Assembly (NCBI GenBank): GCA_964469935.1
Contig: CAYXZQ010000003.1
Location: forward strand, 1-63,294
Source: an uncultured Methanosarcinales archaeon
GTDB taxonomy: Archaea > Nanobdellota > Nanobdellia > Woesearchaeales > DSVV01
Direction of reading: 5' to 3'
DNA length: 63,294 nucleotides
A program made the translations under genes and the position numbers. Positions 1 through 8,122 of this stretch are shown piece by piece. The notes beneath the pieces are model-generated. The model saw nothing but the letters and a program-made list of their open reading frames with translations. It did no database searches and was not told the origin of the DNA. How positions within the stretch are numbered: position 1 is the stretch's first letter; the number at the start of each line of letters is the position of its first letter.

Positions 1-499
1 AATAGCTCTTGCCTTCCTCAAGATGCTGCCTGAGCTCGCTCAGGTTGATATCATCCGGCATGACACCGAAGCTTTTCAGATACCTTATCAGGCTCTCGAT
101 CTTCGGCACTATTGTCTCGATGAGATATTCATCGCCATAGTTTAGGACCTCGTGGGATTTGAGGTATTCGAAAATCGAATACCTCAGCAGGTTAGAACTC
201 AGGACCTCTTTTTCCTCGATGTTCTCCAGGGCATATGAGTGGAATGTGTATACATTGAGCTTTGATAGGTCAATCTTCTGCTTCTCCTCCTTGAGGACTT
301 TTATTATCCTGTTCTCCATCTCCCTCTTGGCCTTTTCTGTGAAAGTCAGGCAGAGGATCTGCTCGGCAGGGACATCATTCTTCAACAGGTCGACGTACTT
401 GTGTGCTAATAGAAGAGTCTTACCTGTGCCGGGATTCGCTGTCACCAGGATATTTCCTTGCTGGTTTATGATGGATTGCTTTTCCGGGTTGATTGACAT
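1..499 (-). CDS. UvrD/Rep-family SF1 helicase, N-terminal part (gene continues beyond the window start)
   Basis: Edge-truncated, so absent from the ORF track. Reverse translation from ATG 499-497 gives MSINPEKQSIINQQGNILVTANPGTGKTLLLAHKY...LCLTFTEKAKREMENRI, with Walker A GTGKT and motif Ia TFTxKAxxEM. Confidence 0.8.
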   Translation of the reverse strand, partial: MSINPEKQSIINQQGNILVTANPGTGKTLLLAHKYVDLLKNDVPAEQILCLTFTEKAKREMENRIIKVLKEEKQKIDLSKLNVYTFHSYALENIEEKEVLSSNLLRYSIFEYLKSHEVLNYGDEYLIETIVPKIESLIRYLKSFGVMPDDINLSELRQHLEEGKSY

Positions 500-539
500 T
501 TTTATATTTTAAACCTAGCAAATGTGAATCTTAACAATA

Positions 540-827
540 TTACAGATTCTTCCATGAAATCAAAATATATCTGTCAGGATAAAGTGCTTGCATTTCTTTT
601 TGTTTTTTTGAAAGTTTTGCGTTACCTGTCTTTACTTCAATATAGTATTCTATTCCATTCTTTACAGCAATAAAATCACAACCACCAATATTATCCGGGA
701 CTTTTCTTACATCATGAAAACCTTGAGCTTTAAGATGTAAGGCAACTTGTTGTTCAGAAATCCTTCCATATTGTTGACTAAAACTTCTCCAATTCATTTT
801 ATCAAAAGGTAATTTATTTGCACTCAT
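540..827 (-). CDS. small PD-(D/E)xK nuclease (Hjc/VRR-NUC-like), 95 aa
   Basis: ORF 540..854 trimmed to ATG 827, which lies 1 nt after the upstream stop. GCDFIAVKNGIEYYIEVKTG gives a D...ExK core, and the preceding E..V...L...GF is as in Hjc-type resolvases. Confidence 0.5.
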   Translation of the reverse strand: MSANKLPFDKMNWRSFSQQYGRISEQQVALHLKAQGFHDVRKVPDNIGGCDFIAVKNGIEYYIEVKTGNAKLSKKQKEMQALYPDRYILISWKNL

Positions 828-828
828 C

Positions 829-1482
829 TCACAACCTCGCGATCTTCCCCGCATCCGTCAGCTTGTATCCTTCGTCTGTCTCGATATAGCCCAGCACCCG
901 GAGTTCCTCGATATTCCTGTACAGCATCGCCCTTGACATCTCGACCTTGTCAGCCATCTCCATAGGAGTCTTGAATTCGCCGGATTCAATAAGATCAAGT
1001 ATCTCTGTCTGCTTTTTTGTCAGCCTGAAGCTGAGCTTCGGCAGGTAGATGACAGATTTCCTGTCCTCTTCAGGATTATAGGCAATCTTCTTGACCTTGC
1101 CAATACGGCAATAGGCAGCATAAAGAAGCCCCATAGCCTTTGTCTTACGGCCAGCTGTCACATTCACATAGATGACATCATCCTTATCTTGATTATCAAT
1201 CACCCAGACAGCTTTCGAAGCAACTGCAACAATATCATAGACAGGAGTCTTTACAGTCTCAACCTCAATCACACGACCCAAAGAATCCTCGATCAATTTC
1301 AATGCATCCTTCTGCTCCTTGACAGGCTTGTCGTCGATAAGCAATACCAACCTGTCAGGTCCCAGGCGATTTGCAGCAAGCAAGACAGGATCAGCATTGT
1401 AAAGTGTGGCAATCAGCACTTTGCTCAAGTTATCACCCCTATCTGAAGAAGCTAAATCATCCGTGTTAATAAAATTTTCCAT
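829..1482 (-). CDS. CARF-like (Csa3-type) Rossmann domain fused to a winged-HTH regulator
   Basis: N-terminal KVLIATLYNADPVLL...LVLLIDD...YVNVTAGRKTKAMGLLYAAY resembles the Csa3/CARF core. C-terminal LTKKQTEILDLIESGEFKTPMEMADKVEMSRAMLYRNIEELRVLGYIE is wHTH-like. Confidence 0.5.
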   Translation of the reverse strand: MENFINTDDLASSDRGDNLSKVLIATLYNADPVLLAANRLGPDRLVLLIDDKPVKEQKDALKLIEDSLGRVIEVETVKTPVYDIVAVASKAVWVIDNQDKDDVIYVNVTAGRKTKAMGLLYAAYCRIGKVKKIAYNPEEDRKSVIYLPKLSFRLTKKQTEILDLIESGEFKTPMEMADKVEMSRAMLYRNIEELRVLGYIETDEGYKLTDAGKIARL

Positions 1483-1543
1483 AATAATAGGATATTTTCC
1501 GGTATATATATAACTTTCTATTATATACTATAATATCTGATAA

Positions 1544-2284
1544 ATGATAGAAAAGTTTAAATATCAGTATACACCCCCTGTATTTTCCGATGGAAAAGAT
1601 AAAAAAATTCAAGAAACCGCGATAAAAATGGCAAGAAAAGAATATAATTGCGAGACATTCGGGGCCTGGTATGTAGAGGAGGATGTATTCCAGCTAAAGC
1701 CCAGGGACCATCCTGTCGTGCTGAGCTTTTCATGCGAGAAATTCTCTGACTTCAGAAAAGACCTTATCCAGTTTGAGTATGACAGCAGTGATGAGTTTGA
1801 ATTCAGGGAGGATTTCGACTGCATAAGGGTCTACGGCGCGCCTGACGAGGAGAAGATATATATCATATTCATGGACCTTGAAGGATTAAGCATCGGCTTT
1901 GATGAAGGGTTTTTCAAAAGATTCTGCAATGACGTGATGAATTTCAACCCAGAGATGTTTTTCCCGCAATTCAGAAAGCTTGAAGAAAGAAAGTTCACAA
2001 GACAGCACATGACCCAGAAGCTCATAAAAAAGCACCAGTGCAAAAGATGCAAGGGGATAATCGTAAAATCGCAACACTCAATGATGATTGCGAATTATTA
2101 CGGGAAGAGCTGCGACTGCCACAATGACAAGAAGATGGAAGAGCAGGCACAATTGATCCTTTTTTTCATGCTAGCTGACTTTCAGAAGGTGATCCAGCAA
2201 AAATTCAGCTTATCCTATGAAAAGGCAAGGAAACTGGCAGATAGTTCGATAAAGCTATTAAATACCAAAAAAAGAAATAAATGA
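1544..2284 (+). CDS. hypothetical protein with CxxC/CxC cysteine cluster
   Basis: 246-aa ORF divergent from the CARF-like gene across an AT-rich spacer. Contains KHQCKRCKG...SCDCH. No family recognised. Confidence 0.5.
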   Translation: MIEKFKYQYTPPVFSDGKDKKIQETAIKMARKEYNCETFGAWYVEEDVFQLKPRDHPVVLSFSCEKFSDFRKDLIQFEYDSSDEFEFREDFDCIRVYGAPDEEKIYIIFMDLEGLSIGFDEGFFKRFCNDVMNFNPEMFFPQFRKLEERKFTRQHMTQKLIKKHQCKRCKGIIVKSQHSMMIANYYGKSCDCHNDKKMEEQAQLILFFMLADFQKVIQQKFSLSYEKARKLADSSIKLLNTKKRNK

Positions 2285-2430
2285 ATATGAGGTTTCCCTG
2301 GCTTAATCTGAAAAATTTCAAAATAAGCGACCCGAATTCTGCAGCCAGGGAAGAATACCCGCTAAAAAAGAGCCTGCCGGGCTTCAGGAAGTGTTGAGGG
2401 GTTAGGCGCCGGGGGCGGGAGTCTAAGGCA

Positions 2431-2747
2431 TCAGCTTCTGAATATATTTACCAATGACCTGATGAAAGAATCCAGTTTCTGCTTCTTCAATGCCCCTATC
2501 CTATACCTGATCAATTCCCTGTCTGCAGTGAATATCATATTCGGCCTTATCATGCTCTTCCTCCTGAGCTTACCTCCGGCAATATCATCATCAGAAACAG
2601 AAATAGAATATTCATCATATCTGGAGCTGGTTATCTGGCACAGGATGCAGTCATCACCTTTGAGCACTGCAGCCTCATCGCGGGCCTAAATTTAGAATCA
2701 GTCAGGTCAGAAAAAGGAAAGGGTATCACTACAATATCACCTTTCAT
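2431..2747 (-). pseudogene. mazF: mazF/pemK-family toxin gene interrupted by one frameshift
   Basis: ATG 2747 overlaps the abrB stop (ATGA) and reads MKGDIVVIPFPFSDLTDSKFRPA, then stops at 2633-2631. The -1 frame, open from 2685, reads ..AAVLKGDDCILCQITSS...ADRELIRYRIGALKKQKLDSFIRSLVNIF, which is a MazF C-terminus. Confidence 0.6.
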
Positions 2748-2986
2748 AAGTGTTTCCAAGCTTTTTCCTCCTCTTCTGTATTCCATGCCTTTCCAAGGAC
2801 TTTCTCTGATGCAAAAGCAGTTCGCATGCTATCACTGACATGTTTCAGAGGACGTAATTCGATCCTGTCCTGGAAAGCAATAATAGCTATCTTTGATCCT
2901 GTCTTGAAATCTCCTTTCCTTACATCCTTTGGAATCACTATCTGGCCCTTTGATGTTATTGTTGCAGTTCTCATATCAATCATCAT
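2744..2986 (-). CDS. AbrB/SpoVT (MazE-like) antitoxin, copy 1
   Basis: MMIDMRTATITSKGQIVIPKDVRKG is a SpoVT-AbrB looped-hinge motif. AGGTGAT Shine-Dalgarno-like box sits 4 nt before ATG 2986. Confidence 0.8.
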   Translation of the reverse strand: MMIDMRTATITSKGQIVIPKDVRKGDFKTGSKIAIIAFQDRIELRPLKHVSDSMRTAFASEKVLGKAWNTEEEEKAWKHL

Positions 2987-3191
2987 GTTTATCACCTTAC
3001 AAGTAAGATATGTAAGATGATATTTATATTTATTTATTATCATCTTGTAATTCTGTATCTATTATATGCTTTAATCAGGAATTTTTCAGAATAATTCTGG
3101 CTAATTCAACAGGCCAGGCAGAAGTGCCGAAATAACCAATATGAATCTCATAAATCCTCAGGATATTTCCGGAAGAACCGAAAGCACTTCC

Positions 3192-3728
3192 TCACTTCTC
3201 CTCAAGGATATTCTTCTTCTTATAATCAATCCTGTGCCTCTTCAGGACTTCCTCAAGCTCAAGCGACCTTGAGATAGGCACCTTCACAACGCCACCTACA
3301 AGCCGAACAGCACCGAGGGACTTTAACACACCTTCAGAATTCCTGCCTGCGAGCACATAATTGAACTTGACCTTCTCTGTATGAGTAAGACCAGAAAGGC
3401 TATACCAGAAAAGAGTATATGCCCTAAAACCGAGAGACTCTGAAAAAGGCTTCCCTGTCCTTGCACTGACACCTTCAAGCATCACCCCTGTCCTTGCAAG
3501 AAAAGCAGCAGAGAACAGCTCTTCCAGAAGTACCTGTTTCATGTCAACCTTATCCCTGATCCCTTTCTTCATCGCCTGGAGCCTGTCAAGACGTTCTCTC
3601 AAAGACCCTTTCCTGAAAACAACCAGGACATCGATATCCCTAGGTCTGGCAGCTCCTTTGACACTCGAGCCATACAGGATGATATCAAAAATTTCAGAGT
3701 CCAAGTATTTTTTTAATTGTCTGAGCAT
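3192..3728 (-). CDS. minimal nucleotidyltransferase (MNT) domain protein of a HEPN-MNT pair
   Basis: IILYGSSVKGAARPRDIDVLVVF matches the GS...D.D polymerase-beta-type NTase motif. Overlaps the upstream HEPN gene. Confidence 0.7.
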   Translation of the reverse strand: MLRQLKKYLDSEIFDIILYGSSVKGAARPRDIDVLVVFRKGSLRERLDRLQAMKKGIRDKVDMKQVLLEELFSAAFLARTGVMLEGVSARTGKPFSESLGFRAYTLFWYSLSGLTHTEKVKFNYVLAGRNSEGVLKSLGAVRLVGGVVKVPISRSLELEEVLKRHRIDYKKKNILEEK

Positions 3729-4032
3729 CTTCTTTCAAAAGCATTGCCGCCTCCTTGTCCATCTTTTTTGTGTAGCTGTCCTGATAGAATGGAAAATCCC
3801 TGTCTATTATCAGATAAATCTCCGGATATTTCTCTTCAAGAAGCCGAAACCTTGCTGTATGAGATGAAGGGATCATCCCCTCATTTCTCAGGATAAAAAG
3901 ATCACATAAAGCAGCAATAGATTTGAAAAACAATGTAGTTGCAGAATTATACCTCCCTTTATCCAATGCATTTTCTGCTGAACCAGAATACTCATTGAAA
4001 TTCTCTATCAGTATGTCTTCTTTCTCCTTCAT
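3694..4032 (-). CDS. HEPN domain protein (partner of the MNT gene)
   Basis: ORF 3694..4086 trimmed to MKEKEDIL. All-helical, with ...ALDKGRYNSATTLFFKSIAALCDL...SSHTARFRLLEE, immediately upstream of the MNT gene. Confidence 0.6.
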   Translation of the reverse strand: MKEKEDILIENFNEYSGSAENALDKGRYNSATTLFFKSIAALCDLFILRNEGMIPSSHTARFRLLEEKYPEIYLIIDRDFPFYQDSYTKKMDKEAAMLLKEDAQTIKKILGL

Positions 4033-4040
4033 GTTATAAT

Positions 4041-4144
4041 ATACAACACATAAGTTGTATTTAAAGTTTTTGGTTGTATAGTACATCTAATTGTATTGTA
4101 CAACAAAAAATTAGGCAGAACCCTTATAAGTTGTATTATACAAC
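4041..4144. promoter_or_regulatory. array of GTTGTAT/ATACAAC inverted repeats upstream of the HEPN-MNT operon (candidate operator)
   Basis: ATACAAC 4041-4047 pairs with GTTGTAT 4054-4060. GTTGTATA lies at 4073-4080 and TTGTATTGTACAAC near 4091-4104. A perfect GTTGTAT-T-ATACAAC palindrome spans 4130-4144. Confidence 0.4.
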
Positions 4145-4360
4145 ATAAAATACTAACCATTTTCTTCATTGATTCTGTTGAATCAGGACCTTTTAAAAAT
4201 ATTCCCAGGTAAGAACAGGAACATTTCCGGTCAAACCATCATTTATCTAATTAAAATTTTCAGAAATACAATATTCTATCGAAAATATTATTTCTCCTAC
4301 TGAATAATCCACTGGACAACCTCACGTAAACTTCTTAAAATACAACCAGATATAATTTCC

Positions 4361-4576
4361 ATGCGCCTGACAATAAAACAGATCAAATTCCGGATAGACA
4401 TGTTAAAAGGCTACCTGGAAAGAAAGGGCATCTATCCTCACCAGGACTGGCCCCCTCCAAACAAGGATTACTGGTACAACAGGCTTCATGTCGAATATTA
4501 CCTCATGCTGAAGGATGAATATTACAGGAGGATGGCAAGGAACAAGAAGAGGCTGAGTAAACTTAAAAACACTTAA
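4361..4576 (+). CDS. hypothetical small basic protein
   Basis: 71-aa ORF with no recognisable domain. Confidence 0.35.
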   Translation: MRLTIKQIKFRIDMLKGYLERKGIYPHQDWPPPNKDYWYNRLHVEYYLMLKDEYYRRMARNKKRLSKLKNT

Positions 4577-4601
4577 ATATCCTCTATCCGTACCCATTCA
4601 G

Positions 4602-4865
4602 ATGGGCCTGGATTCAATAATCGATGCGGATTTCATCCTGAAGAAAGTCGATGAGGAGATGGCATACGACCCTGACCAGGCAAAGGCCATATTGGCAAGG
4701 GCGATAATGAGATGTCCTGGCGAGCCAAGGCTCCTGGTATCCATGGGCGACATCCTCTTCAACCATGACTATGACCTGGACAATGCAGAATACTTCTATG
4801 AGAAGGCATACAGGATCAGGCAGGACCCTAAGACATGCAGCCTCACAGCAGGCCTCAATTTGTAA
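4602..4865 (+). pseudogene. truncated TPR-like paralogue (N-terminal half only), with its 3' end running into an antisense mazF remnant
   Basis: DPDQAKAILARAIMRCPGEPRLLVSMGDILFNHDYDLDNAEYFYEKAYRIRQDP aligns with the first ~80 aa of 7404/8123/9329. The last codons CSLTAGLNL* are the reverse complement of the mazF 5' codons KLRPAVRL. Confidence 0.5.
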
Positions 4866-4915
4866 TCTGAAAGATTAGAAAAGGGGAACGGCACGACGAC
4901 AATATCCCCCTTCAC
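4847..4915 (-). pseudogene. mazF: mazF 5' remnant (first ~23 codons, start codon changed to GTG)
   Basis: Reverse translation gives VKGDIVVVPFPFSNLSDYKLRPA, homologous to 2747-2679. The rest of the toxin is absent. Confidence 0.5.
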
Positions 4916-5154
4916 AAGTGCTTCCATGCCTCATCCTCCTGCTTTGTATTCCATCCTTTGGCAAGGACTTTCTCTGTCGCCAAAGCTGACCTCATGCTGT
5001 CACTTACCTGCTTTATCGGCCGCAATTCAATCCTGTCCTGATATGCAAGTATCGCGATCTTTGAGCCTGTCTTGAAATCTCCTTTCCTTACATCCTTCGG
5101 AATCACGACCTGGCCCTTTGATGTTATGGTTGCAGTTCTCATATCTACCAACAT
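4912..5154 (-). CDS. AbrB/SpoVT (MazE-like) antitoxin, copy 2
   Basis: MLVDMRTATITSKGQVVIPKDVRKG. Same length as copy 1, with near-identical upstream leader caccttacaagtaagatatgtaagatgatattta. Confidence 0.8.
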   Translation of the reverse strand: MLVDMRTATITSKGQVVIPKDVRKGDFKTGSKIAILAYQDRIELRPIKQVSDSMRSALATEKVLAKGWNTKQEDEAWKHL

Positions 5155-5367
5155 GCTTATCACCTTACAAGTAAGATATGTAAGATGATATTTAAATTTG
5201 ATTGTTCATATCTTGTAACCCCATATCTTTTATAAATCTTGAGCAGGAAAATCCGGAAGATTTCCGAGTTAAAAACAAAAGAATTAAATACTTGATAGAC
5301 CACATAAGAGGAGCATCATGTTTGCTCTTCGGGGGCGGGTTGTTCCCGCCTGGTAACTTTCTTCCTT

Positions 5368-5793
5368 TCAATCCTGGCCATGATGTCCGGGATAGACTGA
5401 CTTGATGAATTCTCTCGGCGAGACAATCCTGACATTCTCAAACTCACCCAGTCCCAGGAGATGCCTGTCGCCGGATATTATGCAATCCGCACCTGAACAG
5501 ACAGCGCATTCGATGAATTTATCGTCCTTTGGATCATCATCGACCACATTGAGCTTTATATGGGGCCTGATGAATATCGAATATTTCCTGAAATTCTCAA
5601 GGATGAATCCGAAATCAGCACACGCCCTCATCTTCGGCCTGAAGGCAACATCCTTCATCTCGTCAAATATCTCATCAGAAGCATAATTCATTATCCTGCC
5701 CTCAAGAAAAAGCTCGAAGACCTTTGAAGGGAAACTGTCCATGGCTATTGCTGCTGAGATCACGACATTGGTATCAATCACCACGCGAAGCAT
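5368..5793 (-). CDS. PIN-domain toxin (VapC-like)
   Basis: MLRVVIDTNVVISAA...DDKFIECAVCSGADCIISGDRHLL are PIN acidic-residue motifs. ATG 5793 is preferred over TTG 5808. Confidence 0.8.
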   Translation of the reverse strand: MLRVVIDTNVVISAAIAMDSFPSKVFELFLEGRIMNYASDEIFDEMKDVAFRPKMRACADFGFILENFRKYSIFIRPHIKLNVVDDDPKDDKFIECAVCSGADCIISGDRHLLGLGEFENVRIVSPREFIKSVYPGHHGQD

Positions 5794-6034
5794 GAATCTC
5801 TGCCTCAATCTCCTTCCTTGTCAGCTTCCTGGCCTTCTTCCTCATCGCCCGAAATTCAGCCACCAGCTTTGATGTGTCAAGCTTCTTCATGACGATGGTA
5901 TCGCCATCGATGGCTGCAAATGCAAAAACACTGCTTGTTCCTGCTCCGACACTCTCGCGTATCCCTTTCGGGATTATTATCTGGCCTCTTTCAGACATCT
6001 TGGCTGTATCGACTGCAGTGCCCATTGTGCACAT
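5774..6034 (-). CDS. AbrB/SpoVT-type antitoxin of the PIN toxin
   Basis: MSERGQIIIPKGIRESVG motif. Overlaps the PIN gene start. Confidence 0.7.
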   Translation of the reverse strand: MCTMGTAVDTAKMSERGQIIIPKGIRESVGAGTSSVFAFAAIDGDTIVMKKLDTSKLVAEFRAMRKKARKLTRKEIEAEIHASRGD

Positions 6035-6176
6035 TAGTACGTTTTACGTATTTATAAACTTTTCGTATTCTTGGACAAGATTGACAATAAAATTGCCAGG
6101 TTTCTTTCTTTATCAACCGATCCTTTAAGAATTCGACCCAAGAATCCCGATGATATTTCCGTGCTATCCGAAAGAC

Positions 6177-6692
6177 CTACAGGGCATACTTCCTGACGGT
6201 TCCCTGTCCCAAAATAGCCTTCAGGATGAAGTCATCGGCAATCTTCAGAGCATGCTTCTTCTTGTCCTCGATATCATACACCCCTGACATGGCCATCATG
6301 TTCGGTGAGTTCATGTCATATCTTCCCTGGTGCTCCTTGTCTGTCATGAAAAGCAGCACCTCGCCAGGACCGAACCTGAGCCTGACATTGACTATATTGC
6401 CTGTATATTCCGCAGTCTCGAGGAATTCACTGGAAAGCAGAGCCTCATAGTCGTATGCCCCGAACTTGACAAGCCAGTGCCTTTCAGGGAACCTTTCCCA
6501 GAACCCGACAGGATGCCTCTTGTAGTGGAGGCTTGCCGAACTCTTGATCAGGTATACCCTGTCGGCAAGCGAATTGAAAAAGGGCACAGGCAGCGCATGG
6601 TCCAGGTCAAGGCTCTTTTGGTCCACCCACTGCTCAAGGAGAGAAGGAGTATAATTGTACAGGTCGTCGTCCCACCCCTTTATCTCTGCCAT
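6177..6692 (-). CDS. unknown family X, copy 1 (171 aa)
   Basis: Paralogue of 8720..9244. Shared GWD..Y.Y.P.LLE.WVD, DR.(Y/F)L, Y(K/Q)RHP(V/M)GF..RFP.R, DY.AL. Confidence 0.6.
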   Translation of the reverse strand: MAEIKGWDDDLYNYTPSLLEQWVDQKSLDLDHALPVPFFNSLADRVYLIKSSASLHYKRHPVGFWERFPERHWLVKFGAYDYEALLSSEFLETAEYTGNIVNVRLRFGPGEVLLFMTDKEHQGRYDMNSPNMMAMSGVYDIEDKKKHALKIADDFILKAILGQGTVRKYAL

Positions 6693-6738
6693 GAGCAGAA
6701 TAATATCAAAAGAATATTTAAGGCTTTCGAAGAATTAT

Positions 6739-7014
6739 TTACCCTCTCCATTGATAGACCTTGTCATGGTGGTCAAAGTACAGTATCTCAATTGACCTCA
6801 TCCCATGATCTACCCTGAAAAGCAGCACAAAACGCCTGTCAATATGAACCCTGTTTATCATCTGCAAGGGATTTTTTAAGAATTTATACTTATGAAAAGG
6901 ATTTCTCCTGATTTCCACAATCTTGCTATGGATTGCTCTGAGTTGTCTGGGATTCTTCTTAGAAATCCTCTTGAATATCTTATCAGCAGCAGGATTCACA
7001 TAGAAGTCATACAT
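6739..7014 (-). CDS. relE: RelE/ParE-superfamily toxin
   Basis: ORF trimmed to MYDFYVNPAADKIFKRISKKNPRQLRAIHSKIVEIRRNP...RVHIDRRFVLLFRVDHGMRSIEILYFDHHDKVY. Size and pattern are as in RelE/StbE. Confidence 0.65.
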   Translation of the reverse strand: MYDFYVNPAADKIFKRISKKNPRQLRAIHSKIVEIRRNPFHKYKFLKNPLQMINRVHIDRRFVLLFRVDHGMRSIEILYFDHHDKVYQWRG

Positions 7015-7246
7015 CTTTGAGCCCGTACCTTTTCCCAAAGTCATCAACACGGATGCTCTTCTCTTTCATTATCTTCTTCATCTTCTCGACAAACTCAGGT
7101 CTCAGCTCAGGCTCATCCTTGTTATCTATGTACCAGCCGACAATGTATTCGATGGCCTCTCCTTTGTCCCTGAGGCCGTGCTGAGCCTTGATTATGTTCA
7201 GGACCCGATTCGTGTTGTCACCGATCTGGATTAGGGCTTTTACCAT
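7007..7246 (-). CDS. antitoxin partner of RelE (DUF2683-like)
   Basis: MVKALIQIGDNTNRVLNIIKAQHGLRDKGEAIEYIV. 8-nt overlap with the toxin start. Confidence 0.55.
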   Translation of the reverse strand: MVKALIQIGDNTNRVLNIIKAQHGLRDKGEAIEYIVGWYIDNKDEPELRPEFVEKMKKIMKEKSIRVDDFGKRYGLKDV

Positions 7247-7403
7247 ATTATTACTCCTAAGCCCAGATAAGTCAGACTTATTTATATAATTTTCCATTGA
7301 TTTTTACATTTTGAGGAGTTTTTAAAAAGTTTTACGAGAAATTCCGATGATATTTCCGGCCGGACCGCAAAACCATTAAAAATCATCTCCCAACCCTGAA
7401 AGA

Positions 7404-8003
7404 ATGGCTGTCTACACCTCCACCACAAAAGACCGGGACGCGCTAATCAACGAAGAATCCACAGAATCCCTCCTGGAGATGGCCGAAATGCAGGCAATGC
7501 CGGATCCTGACCATGCCAAGGCAATCCTGGAAAGGATGATTGAGAACAATCCGGACGATACCCGGCCCCTCGTCGCGATGGGCGACGTGTTCTTCAACTA
7601 GGACTATGATCCAGAAACTGCTGAATACTTCTATGAAAAAGCATCGAGGATCAGGCCCGACCTGGAGATATACGGCCTTGTAGCGCAGGTCAACCATGAC
7701 AGGGGAAATCACGAAAAAGCAGAGAAATTCTACAGGAAAGCACTGGACATGACAGGGCACCCGAGGGAGATGTACATGCTAGGCTCATTCCTCGTCCAGG
7801 CAAAAAAGCACAGGGAAGGGATATTGCTGCTCAAGTCGGTGAAGAACAGGATACTCAGCCAGCTCAAGAAAGATCACACGTTTTCCTATGCCCTGGTCTG
7901 CTCGAACCTAATCACTGCGTACAGTGAGATAGGAGACCTGAACTCTGCATACAGGGAACAGCATGGGTTCGATAAGAACCATCATCTCTTTAAAAAGCTG
8001 TGA
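7404..8003 (+). pseudogene. TPR-like paralogue with a single in-frame TAG (7599-7601)
   Basis: ORFs 7404..7601 and 7749..8003 share one frame, and 7602-7748 is open (DYDPETAEYFYEKASRIRPD...). Total 199 codons, like the intact paralogues. Confidence 0.65.
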
Positions 8004-8122
8004 GAAAATTTTAGGCGCCGGGGGCGGGAGGTCTCCGAGGAACAGATTTTTTTGGGATAAATTTCCTGCAATATTTACCCCGCCCCATAACCCTTAAATA
8101 TTCCCTCTCAAACCCCGGATGG

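Noticed and set aside
159-512. 117-aa plus-strand ORF at the window start
   Set aside because: Low-complexity F/S/L-rich translation lying exactly antisense to the UvrD-like helicase frame, which has clear Walker A and motif Ia.
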